DNA of 63,220 bases, the filler included. It is 15 parts of 15 records of this genome, joined end to end, with 100 filler letters (N's around TTAATTAATTAA, not from the genome) between each part and the next. Parts side by side here need not be neighbours in the genome. Positions count along the whole stretch, not along the records: positions 11,724 to 16,932 come from SRR15195285_9130; positions 17,033 to 21,909 come from SRR15195285_9131; positions 22,010 to 26,473 come from SRR15195285_9139; 12 more parts are not named here. One strand, written 5' to 3'. The notes below the pieces were generated by a model. It was not told the origin of the DNA. It was given only the letters and a program-made list of their open reading frames with translations, and did not search any database. Shown here in pieces: positions 11,824 through 22,010 of this stretch (position 1 is its first letter; each line of letters opens with the position of its first letter). Both the position numbers and the translations under genes were made by a program.

Positions 11824-14463
11824 ATGGTGGCGCTCCTGCCGCTACTGCTGCTGCTGAGTCTCGGTGCCCACACTGCGGTGGGCTCTCAGCTATTGCACGT
11901 GGCACCATACGGTGCCAATGCGGTGCGGGTGCGAATGTTCGCGCAGCAACCCACAGTGGCGGCGCTGAGCAATCCGGGCTACCTGCTGCCACCCCGGCCT
12001 GCAGACAACGCCACTGCACGTGCTAGCGAGTCGCCACCAGCCGATCAGGACGGCGCATGGCTGCGCTCTGGCGTGGCGGTGGCGAGTGGCAACATCGAGG
12101 TAGTCTTATCTGGAGCTGGTGGCTTCACGGTGCGCAGGATATCCGACGGCGCCACGCTGCTGACGGCGCAGTCCGGGGCACTCGCTGCGGGCACGCCCAG
12201 CGCTGATGGCCGTGCCCAGCTCAACGCGACACTCGGTGTTGCTACAAGCACCGGGCTCCGCTTCTACGGTGGCGGCTGCCGATGCGGTGGTGGGTATAAC
12301 CAGCACGATGGCCACGACGGAGGCGACATGACCAACCCCGGGCGCAACGCGAGCGCAGACCTCTCATTCGGCGTGCCGATCGGCCTCGCACCGTCGCCAC
12401 ATATACCCGGCATGACGGGCGGCCTCGGCAGCCAGTGTGGCATGATGAACGGCATGCCGTGGGTGGTGGCAGCATCGATCAGCTCTGGTGTGGAGTTCGG
12501 TTTGTTTGTCAACACGCAGGGCTGGACCTATGGGACTGCCTCGGCCTCTCGTCAGACCGTGGAGCTCTACGCCACACGCGCGCACGTGGTGGATGTGGTA
12601 GTGTCCACCTGGCCTGCCGGAGCCAGCGCAACTGGCAGTAGCCGCGCGTCCGCCATCCAAGGCTGGTACGCTGACGCACTGGGCCACGTCCCTGTGATGT
12701 CACGAGAGGTCGTCGGATACTGGCACTCGAAGGACAGCATCGGCAGCCAGTCCGAAGCGGAGTCCATCGTCATGGGGTTTGCGGAGCGTGGGATTCACGT
12801 GGACGTGCTGGTCCTGGACTACAAATACAAGACTTGCGATGGATGCACTGCCTTTAACGACAATTTTCCTGACGCGAAAGGGATGGTGGCAAACTTCAAA
12901 AAGAATGGGACGCACGTCATGGCCCATGTGAACGTCGAACAGAACTTTTCTGACCCGTCTTTCGTGGGTGGTCAAGCGTTCCTGGACAACAAGTGGACGA
13001 CGATGCAGCGATCGTCGGAGGGCAAGTTAGTGCCTTTGTGCCGCAGCGGTGCAGGGCACTTGATGCCAGGCCAGCCTCTGCCGATCAGTGACTCTAACAA
13101 CAACACGTGCAGATACGACCCCTTCATCCCAGAGGCGCGAGCTGCACTATGGAGGTCTGTGAACGACACGTTGGTTGCGGCAGGCGTCCACATGTTCTGG
13201 CTGGACGGTGACGAGATTATAGGCGAGGACCCATGGGAAACCCCTACCGCACCGCTCGGCCCGCAGATATGGGGAGGTGACCACGACAGCTACAAGACTG
13301 TGGCTAGCAGCAGCATGGCCGTGCGCCGTGAATATCCAGGTGCTGGTGCCGATAGGGATGCTGATCCATCCTGCCCCGCGACCTGTGACAAGTCACTCCC
13401 CACAGCGAACTGTCCACTGATTGGAGTGGACTACAATGGTGGCGATGTGGCCCATGCCGATGCAGCCAACGTTACTGAGTGTTGCTCGCTCTGCCACGGC
13501 CACTCCTCATGCAAGTACTGGACATTCACTGGTGGGGTCTGCTGGATGAAAGGGACGATCCAACACAAAATGACGAACCAGAAGGATCACGTTTCGGGCA
13601 CTGGTACATGTGACCTCAAGTGTTGTAGCAAGCTGCCACCCCCACCACCGCCACCTCCACCCCCCAATCTCAACTGCACATCGACAGGCCGCAATTGCCC
13701 GACAGTATTCAAGGCGGGGACGAACGACGAGGTTGGAACCTTCTTTCCTTACTACCACCAGCTCACCTTTGCAGAGGGTATCAAACGAGACCGGCTGCCT
13801 CCGCCGGCCATGACCCTCTCGCGGGCAACTACTGCAGGTAGCTGGCGGCTCGGTGGGGCAAGCTGGGATGGCGATCATCACTGCGCATGGAGTGACTACA
13901 TCAACCACTTCTACGACACACTGGACGCTCAGCTGAGTGGTCAGCTGTGGTGGTCAGTGGACGTGGGCGGGTTCTTTTGCCAGATGGATGAGGAGACGCT
14001 AGCGCGTGACTTCATGCTCAGTTCAACTGCGCCGATCATGCGGCAGCATGGGGACCGCGACACGCGTATCTGGGCCCCTGGCTGGTCGAAAGGGGCGACG
14101 AATGCGGCCACCAAGGCCATCCAGTTGCGCGTCGCGCTCGGTGACTACATCCACGAGCAGCTGGCCATCGCCAGTGCAACAGGGTTGCCGCTGAATCGCT
14201 ACCTTTGGCACGACTTCCCAGAAGATTCGCTGACGTTCGACATCCAGGATGAGTTCATGTTTGGTTCGGATTATCTTGTGGCCCCAGTTGTCGTGCAAAA
14301 ATCTCTGAGCCGCACTGTCTACTTCCCTAAAGGCGCGTCCTGGATGCACTACAAGACCGGCCAGGTGCATAAGGGTGGAAGCAGCACTACAGTAGTAGTG
14401 CCTTTGGATGAGCTCGCGATGTTCCAGCGCACTGACGCCAAGTCGCCATTTGTGCTGCAATAA
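11824..14463 (+). CDS. Secreted glycoside hydrolase family 31 with an inserted PAN/Apple domain
   Basis: Signal peptide MVALLPLLLLL, nucleophile motif FWLDGDE, acid/base motif SWDGD, plus WSVDVGGF, PIMRQHG and DEFMFGSDYLVAPV. PAN pattern DYNGGD...CCSLC...CKYWTF...CWMK at about 13411-13551. Confidence 0.88.
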   Translation: MVALLPLLLLLSLGAHTAVGSQLLHVAPYGANAVRVRMFAQQPTVAALSNPGYLLPPRPADNATARASESPPADQDGAWLRSGVAVASGNIEVVLSGAGGFTVRRISDGATLLTAQSGALAAGTPSADGRAQLNATLGVATSTGLRFYGGGCRCGGGYNQHDGHDGGDMTNPGRNASADLSFGVPIGLAPSPHIPGMTGGLGSQCGMMNGMPWVVAASISSGVEFGLFVNTQGWTYGTASASRQTVELYATRAHVVDVVVSTWPAGASATGSSRASAIQGWYADALGHVPVMSREVVGYWHSKDSIGSQSEAESIVMGFAERGIHVDVLVLDYKYKTCDGCTAFNDNFPDAKGMVANFKKNGTHVMAHVNVEQNFSDPSFVGGQAFLDNKWTTMQRSSEGKLVPLCRSGAGHLMPGQPLPISDSNNNTCRYDPFIPEARAALWRSVNDTLVAAGVHMFWLDGDEIIGEDPWETPTAPLGPQIWGGDHDSYKTVASSSMAVRREYPGAGADRDADPSCPATCDKSLPTANCPLIGVDYNGGDVAHADAANVTECCSLCHGHSSCKYWTFTGGVCWMKGTIQHKMTNQKDHVSGTGTCDLKCCSKLPPPPPPPPPPNLNCTSTGRNCPTVFKAGTNDEVGTFFPYYHQLTFAEGIKRDRLPPPAMTLSRATTAGSWRLGGASWDGDHHCAWSDYINHFYDTLDAQLSGQLWWSVDVGGFFCQMDEETLARDFMLSSTAPIMRQHGDRDTRIWAPGWSKGATNAATKAIQLRVALGDYIHEQLAIASATGLPLNRYLWHDFPEDSLTFDIQDEFMFGSDYLVAPVVVQKSLSRTVYFPKGASWMHYKTGQVHKGGSSTTVVVPLDELAMFQRTDAKSPFVLQ

Positions 14464-14888
14464 GCCATTGTTGCGTAGTGTGCGGAAGCTGATCGGCACC
14501 GGGTCGTCGCGCCGTGGGTGAGGACTGGGAGGGCGGAGTAGAACGAAGGAGTGGCAGGCCAGGCGTTGCAAAATGCAAAGGGAGCTTCCATGGCCAATGT
14601 GCCCAGTCCAGTGCAGCATTTTGAAAAAATCGCATCGAGAGTTTTATCGGGGTCCCTCCCACCACTCCGACTCAGGACCCATGAGATCGAGCATCTCGTC
14701 CCCTCCACTCACTTCTCCCACTCACCTCACCCTGTCACAAGCACCCCTTCGTGTGGAACGAGAGCCGTGGAGTTGACGTAGGCGGAGGCCCAGGCGCGCT
14801 TGGTTCAGTCTATTCAATTCGATGTTGCTGCCAAATGCTCGCAACCAGAAATCTCCAGGAAAGACCGCCCCCATCTTGAAGGCTACAT

Positions 14889-16621
14889 CTAATCCGCTGA
14901 AGACGTCGTCTCGTGCAAGCCGCCACTGACGTCATCTCGGTAGTCACACAACACTGCAATCGATTGCCGTAAGTCCCGGTGCGCGTGTGCAGCCAGACTG
15001 TCGCGATGCAACCTACACACCAGATAGATGCAAGACGGTTCAGCTTGTAGTAGCTCGATTTGATTGGTGCGAGTGAAAGAGCAGGGTTGCGATAAGTTTC
15101 GTGCTCGATATCTCAATTCAGGGGCGATTTCGCACCACGGGTGCTCGAGGATCTCTTGTGCAGTGATCCGCTTGGCTGGGTCCTTGTTGAGCATGCCTGC
15201 TATCAGGTCCTTGGCTTGCTGGCTGGAGTTGCCCCCTGGCAGGCAATCAGACACGCATTATTGCACGGTGAGAAGTTTTCACAAGCCAGCGGCTACACTC
15301 GAATGTAGACACAGAGTGGTCTAGTGGCAGTGCTCAACCGCGTACAGTATCGTGCAGGAAATGAGACTGGCGAGCTTTTGATCATCTGGAACAGCTTTGC
15401 CTGGTTGCGCGACCAGAATGGAGGGCGACCAGACAGCATAACGTAGACCACGATGCCGAGACTCCAGATATCGCACGGAACACCATAGCCCCCTGGAAGC
15501 TGCTGCAGTACCTCCGGTGCGACGTACTCCGGCGTGCCGCAAGCCGTCTCGAGCATCGCCTTGCTCTGTGTGTCGATGATCTTCGCGAAGCCAAAATCAG
15601 CAATCTTGACAACCGAATCATCCCCAGGGCCAGACAACAGAAGGTTCTCCGGCTTGAGGTCGCGGTGAGCGATCCCTCGCGCGTGCAGGTACGCGAGAGC
15701 CTCAGCGATCTTTCTAACAGTGTGAGCAGCGTCGCGCTCTGTGTACTTCTCTTGCACGCGCAATTTATCGAGCATCTCGCCGCCGGTGACCAGCTCCATC
15801 ACCAAGATCAGCTTGTCATCTGTGTGGAAGATCTCATACAGCTTGATCATGTTCGGATGGTCCACCTCTTTCAGCACACGGCACTCCGACTCGAGCATGC
15901 TTTCGTCGTCCTGACTCAGCGAGGTTTTGTCGATAAATTTGATAGCAAATTCGTCCCCGTCCGTCTTCCGCGTCGCCTTGTGCACCACAGCGAACGAGCC
16001 CGAGCCGAGCTTGTCACCGATATCATAGTATTGCTCCACGCCCTCGTCACCGTACCACCATTTTGAGATAGCGCTTCGGTTCGTCACGACGTGCTCGCGT
16101 ACATGGCCGGCTTCTTCGCCGTACAGAAGCTGTACTTCGACCGAGATCTCACCCCGGGCGGCGTCAGGCAGGTCGCCGACTTTCTTTGCCAACCCTAGCG
16201 ATCCCACGAACGTGTGATCTGGTTGGTGCAGGACCTTTTCTAGCCGGAGGACGGCGATGCCCATGTTATCGTCTTTTGACGTTTCATCCTTGTCCCACAC
16301 CTTCATGATCAGCTGCGCGTTGTCCACCGGCGGTAGCGAATTGTAGAAGTGGAAGGTGCTGTTCCAGGTCGGGTTGATCGTCTGGCTGACCACCGGCGTG
16401 GTGTTCTTCTCCGACTTGCTCTGCTTGCCGCCAATGTTGCGCACGCGCACCTCGACGTACGGGTCGCTCTTCCCGGTCCAGTCCATCCCCTTCAGCGAGT
16501 GCCCCTCGACCACCTTCACGGCCACGCAGCTCGGCACGTCGCTTACCGAGCGCCCCCGGATCTCCGTCGCTTTCAGCCCTGGCGGCAGCGCGCAGCCCCG
16601 CGCTGGCACCGGCGGGACCCC
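14889..16621 (-). CDS. C2-domain CaMK-group Ser/Thr kinase, 5' truncated; exons 16621-15346, 15235-15136, 15012-14889 (last exon provisional)
   Basis: C2 motifs GKSDPYV, NPTWN and VWDKD. Kinase motifs LGSGSFAVV, AIK, HRDLKPENLL, DFG and GTPEYVAPE. Splicing restores YWGNSSQQAKDLI...DPAKRITAQEILEHPW. Confidence 0.9.
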
Positions 16622-16639
16622 CTGCAGCAAGCAAAGGCC

Positions 16640-16932
16640 ACCCCGTCGCTCAGACGAGACAAGCGGCCAAAGAAGCGAGCGAGAGAGGCAGACACAGAGA
16701 AGGGCCAAAGAAGCTAGAGCAAAAGTGATCGACCCGGCACAGAGACACAGGAGAGACAGACAAGGGCCAGAGAAGCGAGAGAAAGAGAGGCAGAGCGAGA
16801 AGGACCAGAGAAGGGCCAAAGAAGGACCAAAGAAGCTAGCGAGAGAAGCAGAGAGAGAAGCTAGCGAGAGAGGCAGAGCGAGAAGGGCCAAAGAAGCCGG
16901 ATAGACAAGGACCAGAGCGAGAAGGACCAGAG
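16640..16932. repeat. Degenerate purine-rich tandem repeat in the kinase intron
   Basis: Recurrent AGAAGGGCCAAAGAAG, AGCGAGAAGGACCAGAG and AGAAGCTAG units; a TGCTGCAG acceptor lies at 16622 on the minus strand. Confidence 0.75.
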
Positions 16933-17367
16933 NNNNNNNNNNNNNNNNNNNNNNNNNNNNNNNNNNNNNNNNNNNNTTAATTAATTAANNNNNNNNNNNN
17001 NNNNNNNNNNNNNNNNNNNNNNNNNNNNNNNNTAACCAACTTGCTAGTGCAAGCCGCGAGAACGTGCGCAAATAGCCTAATCAACTTGCTATTGTAAGTC
17101 GCGAGCTAAAAGTGACAGCAAGCTCACGCTTCGCAGCAAATGTTATCGAAGTGCTTCTGTGCCAATGGCCAATGTACTGATATGGTTGACTAGCCGTTGG
17201 TGTAACTTCTCGACTCGCTGTTTTGGATGTAGCTAGTCGCGCAACGCGCATGCCCAAACTGGAAAAGGTCAAGCCGTTCCATACCGCATAAGGCAATAAT
17301 GCGACGGATTGCGATATATTGAAAAAGACCACTGCTGTGCCTTTAGTTCGGAGTTCTGTCGTGTAGG

Positions 17368-17403
17368 AGGGACCCAAAGCCAAACCCGCGGGTTTGGGTC
17401 CCT
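17368..17403. repeat. Nested short palindrome
   Basis: AGGGACCCAAA/TTTGGGTCCCT outer arms overlap a perfect 18-bp palindrome, CCAAACCCGCGGGTTTGG (17380-17397). Confidence 0.8.
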
Positions 17404-17482
17404 ATCCGTCCAGATACTCTGAGGACATGGACAATACTTATACTAGGATCCTACAGTGTACACATGTAAGTTCAGTTATCAT

Positions 17483-17561
17483 TACCGGTATATTATATAC
17501 TACTAGTAGTAGATCTAGCTATTATAGAACATTACCGGTATCCTAGAGCTAGATACCGGTA
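17483..17561. promoter_or_regulatory. Cluster of three TACCGGTA palindromes upstream of the ProX gene (candidate promoter element)
   Basis: Copies at 17483, 17533 and 17554 in AT-rich DNA; further copies at 8204, 9463 and 21875. Confidence 0.3.
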
Positions 17562-17799
17562 CACGATGTCCGGCAGGCCCGCGCGGGACGAGGCGGGGAG
17601 CGAGCCGCACCCCGCACGGCCGGTGCAGCGTAGCGCCCGCCGCACTCTGTGAGCCAGTGTACACTACTCGCTGGTACGCAGCGTGGTGGATCCCAGTGCC
17701 ACCCGCCGCCAGATCTCGGCGTGCCAGCCGACCACCGCTGCAACGCGGGGCACCCATTTGCCACGGAACTCAATCTGGTAGGGGGGGCGAGAGGCAAGC

Positions 17800-18648
17800 A
17801 TGGGCGGTCCGGAGCTAGAAGGCCCGCTGCTCGAGTATCTGACTCAGCAGGGCTGGACGCACACCGTGTACAGGCACCCGCCCGTCATGACGGTGGCCGA
17901 GGCCAAAGAGAAGGGCGGCAACCAGCCTGGTTTGCACGTTAAAAACATGTTTCTCAAAGCAAAGAACAAAAACCAGAAGGACCGCTGGATCGTCACGGTC
18001 CCGGAGGACGCGAAAGTGGACCTTAAAGTGCTGGGAAAGACACTCGGTGCGAAGGGCGGCTGCTCGTTCGCGCGCGACTTGGAAGAGCTGCTGGGCATAA
18101 CGCCTGGGGCAGTCACCCCGTTTGCTGTATTCAACGATCGCGACGCCAAAAAAGTCACGACTGTCGTTGCAAAAGCTGTTGTGGACGGCTCATACGAGCT
18201 GGTGAATGCGCACCCACTGCACAACGAGGCCACTGTCGGCATTGCACCAGCTGATCTACTCGCGTTTCTCAAGAGCGTGGGGCATGAGCCTGTGCTGATA
18301 GAGGTGGACGGCACCCCAGCTGCGGCGACTGGAGGCGCGGATGCGGCATCGGCGACTGCGGCCCCGACAGCGGCGGCCGCAGCGGCCTCCGTACCGCGGA
18401 CAGTGGCGTGGACAGTGCCCTCCGACGAGCAGCAGCGCATGAGTGTAGACGCGATGGCCACAGAGATCGCGAAGCGCTACCTGACAGTGCTCTCCTCGCG
18501 ACTGGGAGAGAGCGGCGGCGTGGGCGCAGCGGCTTTGCAGGCGGCAGGGGAAGCGCAAACCCGAGACGCATTAGCCTCACAGTTGAAGCGGCCCTTGTAC
18601 ACACTCCAGAATCAGGCACAGGCTGGCTCTCGCTCGATGTTCTCTTAG
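17800..18648 (+). CDS. PRORSD1: ProX/YbaK-family tRNA editing protein (PRORSD1-like) with C-terminal extension
   Basis: HPPVMTVAE, HVKNMFLK, LGITPGAVTPFAV and HPLHNEAT. Confidence 0.88.
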   Translation: MGGPELEGPLLEYLTQQGWTHTVYRHPPVMTVAEAKEKGGNQPGLHVKNMFLKAKNKNQKDRWIVTVPEDAKVDLKVLGKTLGAKGGCSFARDLEELLGITPGAVTPFAVFNDRDAKKVTTVVAKAVVDGSYELVNAHPLHNEATVGIAPADLLAFLKSVGHEPVLIEVDGTPAAATGGADAASATAAPTAAAAAASVPRTVAWTVPSDEQQRMSVDAMATEIAKRYLTVLSSRLGESGGVGAAALQAAGEAQTRDALASQLKRPLYTLQNQAQAGSRSMFS

Positions 18649-18697
18649 GCCGGACATGTGAATGTGAACCAACGCATCTGATCACGTTTCTTTCATT

Positions 18698-21600
18698 TCA
18701 CTGGCTATGTTCTTCTTTCGATTTGATTTGTACGCAGCTATTCTCGGCGATTTCACTGATCGAGTTTGGCAGAAAAAACTCGTCGAACTCGTCATCATGC
18801 AGCAAGATGTATATCTTGCCACTGACCGCTAGCGACTGAGCCACGTTCGTCGCCAGCTCCGTGAGGTCACGTGCAAATACCGAGCACTCCCGCTGCTGGC
18901 CCGGGAAAAAATCGTCGCTTTTGACAACTAGGTTGAATTGAGTTCCTCTTTTCGCCCCCGGCTCTGGCTCCGCTTCCGGGGCAGGCTTCTGCAGCTGCAA
19001 ATTAGGCTCAATCTCCGGCTCCGGCTCGGGCACCGCGTTCTGGTGTACTGGCAGCATCGCATATGCAGAATCTGCAGCCGGTACTGGAGATGGACCCGAA
19101 GTTGCAGCTGAAGAAGCAGGCACGGGCTCTGGTTCTGGCTCGGCCAACTTTGGGCCCGACTTCAACTCCGGCTCCACCAGCTTCTGTGGTTCCACCTGGT
19201 TGTGGTCCTCCGGAGACCAGTTAGAGATCCAGTGCATCGCTGCCTCGAATACACCCAGGTAGTAGCCGCCCTCGCCCCGAAGCAGTACTGGGTCGGCCAA
19301 GTAGTACATGTAATGCCACATTTGCGACAGCTTCTTGAGCTTGGACTGGACGACAATATAGATGAAAATAGGCAGAAAGTCATCTCCGCTGATGAATGCT
19401 GCTTTCCCGGATGTCTGCTCTGAGGCAAAGACACTGTAGACAGAGCTCGCTGCAGCCATCAGTGAGGCCAACTGCTTCGACGGCAACAAAGGAGCTTTGA
19501 TGTCACCGCTGGATATAGCGTTGAGCTTGCTGATCACAGCGGCCCAGCCTGACGGTGACTGCAGCTTCGCTGGTATACCATAGTAGTCCTGCCCGTGTGC
19601 TCGGAGCTCACGGCGTTTCGCCTCGAACGCAAAATCTGCAGCATCAGCATATCCTGCCCTGGCCATCTGATCAAAGCACATCATCAGCTGGTTGTGTAGC
19701 GGCCGAATAACGGCAGATTCGAGGCGCCCATACACTATGTGAGATAATGTGTTTGCCGCGGCCAATTCACTGCCCGCGCCGTTTGCATCCTTGCTATCAC
19801 CAGATTGCGGCGCTGCAGGTGCATCAACAAGCTCTAGCGGCATTTCGACCAACGAAGGGCGAAGCGAGTCCATTCGCAGCGCCATGATAATTTCGCGAGC
19901 CTTCTCGAGAAGCTGCCTTGTCGATTCGATTGCTGTATCGGCAGAGCTGGCCATCTTCTCATCATACGTCGCCACAAACTTCTGGATTGGTCCGGCCAAT
20001 TTTTGCTGGTCCTCTGATTTTTCGCCGCTGAGCAGCTTGTCCACTGCGAAAGCCAAGCGTTCTGCCTCTGTCATGCCGGTGACCGAGTGCATGCGTTCTG
20101 CCAACATGCTACGTAGGCGGGTTTCTTCATGCCGAGCCGCAGCATCCGCCGCAGAAACATGCGCCGCACCGACTTGCCACGCCTGCGAGCCTCCCGTGCT
20201 CCCTACTGTGGCGGCTTGGTCCGATGCGATCGATGCCCCAGCTGGATTCAGGCTGCCAGCCTCACTATCGTCGCCCTCATCGTCACTGTCGTCTGAACTG
20301 CGATCGACCTCTAGTAACGAGTCTAGATCCCAGCCTGTCATGGCCGACCATCCTTCTCCCTCCTCACTATCGGATGAAGGCGAGGCGTGCACCAAAATCG
20401 ACTGTCGCGCGATGACTGTGTCTTCGCTCTGTTTATCCGCCCAGCTACATCTAACAGTCTTTTCGGTAATGTGCTTGGCAAGCGACACGCGACGACTCAA
20501 TTCTGCAACAAAATCTCTGGCCCGGCCGCACTGGTAGCGACGCCAGGTTCGCTTCCCTTCAACGGCCACGGATAGCATCACGAAATTGTCGCCTTCGATC
20601 CGCCCGGACAAAACATCAACGTACTGTATCGCAGCTGAGATCCTTTCCGGCGGCCTAATCACTACGAGCGCCTCAGACGTGAGCCGCAAGGAGCGCATGT
20701 TGCTGCCAGTCTCGCGTCGGCGGGCTACACGCTTCTGCACGTGCACACAGTCAAACACCTGCGTGGGCAGCGTGCTCTGGTACACTTGGGCAACACGCAG
20801 CTGCTGACGAGTCTCTTCGGCCGGAACGAACTTCGCTTGATCCTCAAGCAGCTGGGACACAGTCCATCTACCGACAGCTACCCCTGCGGCACGTTCGCCG
20901 TTTGCACCACTGGTGCTGCCGTCGCTACTACCCCGCCTCGCAGCGCCATTCGTTGCCCACACGGCGTCGCCTCCTCTACTACCCGTGCTTTCGTCTTGCT
21001 CGCCCTCTGACTCCTCATCCGAGTCTGGTTCCTGCTCTGGCTCCGGCTCCGGCTCTTCCAAAGTGGCGCCCAGCAGATTTGTCAGGTGCGGCGGCACGCC
21101 CTCGGCAACATGCGCCAGCTGCTCCGGAGCGGCTGGGCTTTCATCGCCGTCGTTCTCCTCCTCCTCTTCATCCCCGTCGTCCTCCTCCAACAGCGGCTCG
21201 TACGCTGGGTGAAAGAAAATTTTGACTAGCGGGTGGCCGCCGCAGAAAGAGACACACAGCGAGAGAAAAGTCTCCACAATCGCCTTGCGTTGGATGATGG
21301 TTTCCTCCGCCATCTTCCGCTGGCTTTTTGTCACCGCCAGCTTCGACGGCAGCTCCCATCCCTTCACAACGTCCACGCCGCCGCTGATCAGGTCCTTCTT
21401 AAACTGCTTGATTTCACTGAAGCGCTTCTCGACCTGCCACGACTCGCCGTGCTGGTCCGTGACCACGAACTCATACACCGTGTACTGCCGCTGGACTTCC
21501 CTGTGGGCGATCGCCTGCGGCACGCCCTTGACCGCCGTTCTCATCGAGCGCCCGAGCCGCTCCTCCCGCGTGGCGATCCCAGCACAGCGACATTCCGCGA

Positions 21601-21718
21601 TGACCGGCAGTGACTGCGCCCGCAGCCCATCCGCCTCCGTCAGCGCCGCACTGTCCTGCCGCAGCGAGCTCTGCACGTGGTCGAAGAGCACCGAGACCGA
21701 GCCGCGGCGCAGGCTCAT
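18698..21718 (-). CDS. PX- and VPS9-domain protein (putative Rab5-family GEF)
   Basis: PX: YTVYEF...WQVEKRFSEI...LP.K...QRKAIVETFL. VPS9: ISGDDFLPIFIYIVVQS...GEGGYYL. Possible PH-like middle region; PE repeats. Confidence 0.85.
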   Translation of the reverse strand: MSLRRGSVSVLFDHVQSSLRQDSAALTEADGLRAQSLPVIAECRCAGIATREERLGRSMRTAVKGVPQAIAHREVQRQYTVYEFVVTDQHGESWQVEKRFSEIKQFKKDLISGGVDVVKGWELPSKLAVTKSQRKMAEETIIQRKAIVETFLSLCVSFCGGHPLVKIFFHPAYEPLLEEDDGDEEEEENDGDESPAAPEQLAHVAEGVPPHLTNLLGATLEEPEPEPEQEPDSDEESEGEQDESTGSRGGDAVWATNGAARRGSSDGSTSGANGERAAGVAVGRWTVSQLLEDQAKFVPAEETRQQLRVAQVYQSTLPTQVFDCVHVQKRVARRRETGSNMRSLRLTSEALVVIRPPERISAAIQYVDVLSGRIEGDNFVMLSVAVEGKRTWRRYQCGRARDFVAELSRRVSLAKHITEKTVRCSWADKQSEDTVIARQSILVHASPSSDSEEGEGWSAMTGWDLDSLLEVDRSSDDSDDEGDDSEAGSLNPAGASIASDQAATVGSTGGSQAWQVGAAHVSAADAAARHEETRLRSMLAERMHSVTGMTEAERLAFAVDKLLSGEKSEDQQKLAGPIQKFVATYDEKMASSADTAIESTRQLLEKAREIIMALRMDSLRPSLVEMPLELVDAPAAPQSGDSKDANGAGSELAAANTLSHIVYGRLESAVIRPLHNQLMMCFDQMARAGYADAADFAFEAKRRELRAHGQDYYGIPAKLQSPSGWAAVISKLNAISSGDIKAPLLPSKQLASLMAAASSVYSVFASEQTSGKAAFISGDDFLPIFIYIVVQSKLKKLSQMWHYMYYLADPVLLRGEGGYYLGVFEAAMHWISNWSPEDHNQVEPQKLVEPELKSGPKLAEPEPEPVPASSAATSGPSPVPAADSAYAMLPVHQNAVPEPEPEIEPNLQLQKPAPEAEPEPGAKRGTQFNLVVKSDDFFPGQQRECSVFARDLTELATNVAQSLAVSGKIYILLHDDEFDEFFLPNSISEIAENSCVQIKSKEEHSQ

Positions 21719-22010
21719 CCCTGCCCGTGCCAGTACCAGCGCCAGCGCCAGTGCCAGCCAGGGGGGTTGGGCCCAACGGCAACCGACGCCCCCACGCTCA
21801 CGCCCCCAGGTCGATTCTCAGTCCGCTATAGCCCAGCGGCTCGTCCCATACCAGTACTGATTCTCAGTAGACAGTACCGGTACTCATGAAAACTGGAATT
21901 GAGAATTCTNNNNNNNNNNNNNNNNNNNNNNNNNNNNNNNNNNNNNNNNNNNNTTAATTAATTAANNNNNNNNNNNNNNNNNNNNNNNNNNNNNNNNNNN
22001 NNNNNNNNNT

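Noticed and set aside
16622-16891. Hydrophobic Leu/Ser-rich N-terminus of the kinase ORF as a membrane anchor
   Set aside because: It is the translation of a repeat-rich pyrimidine tract ending at a good acceptor, so it is intron sequence.
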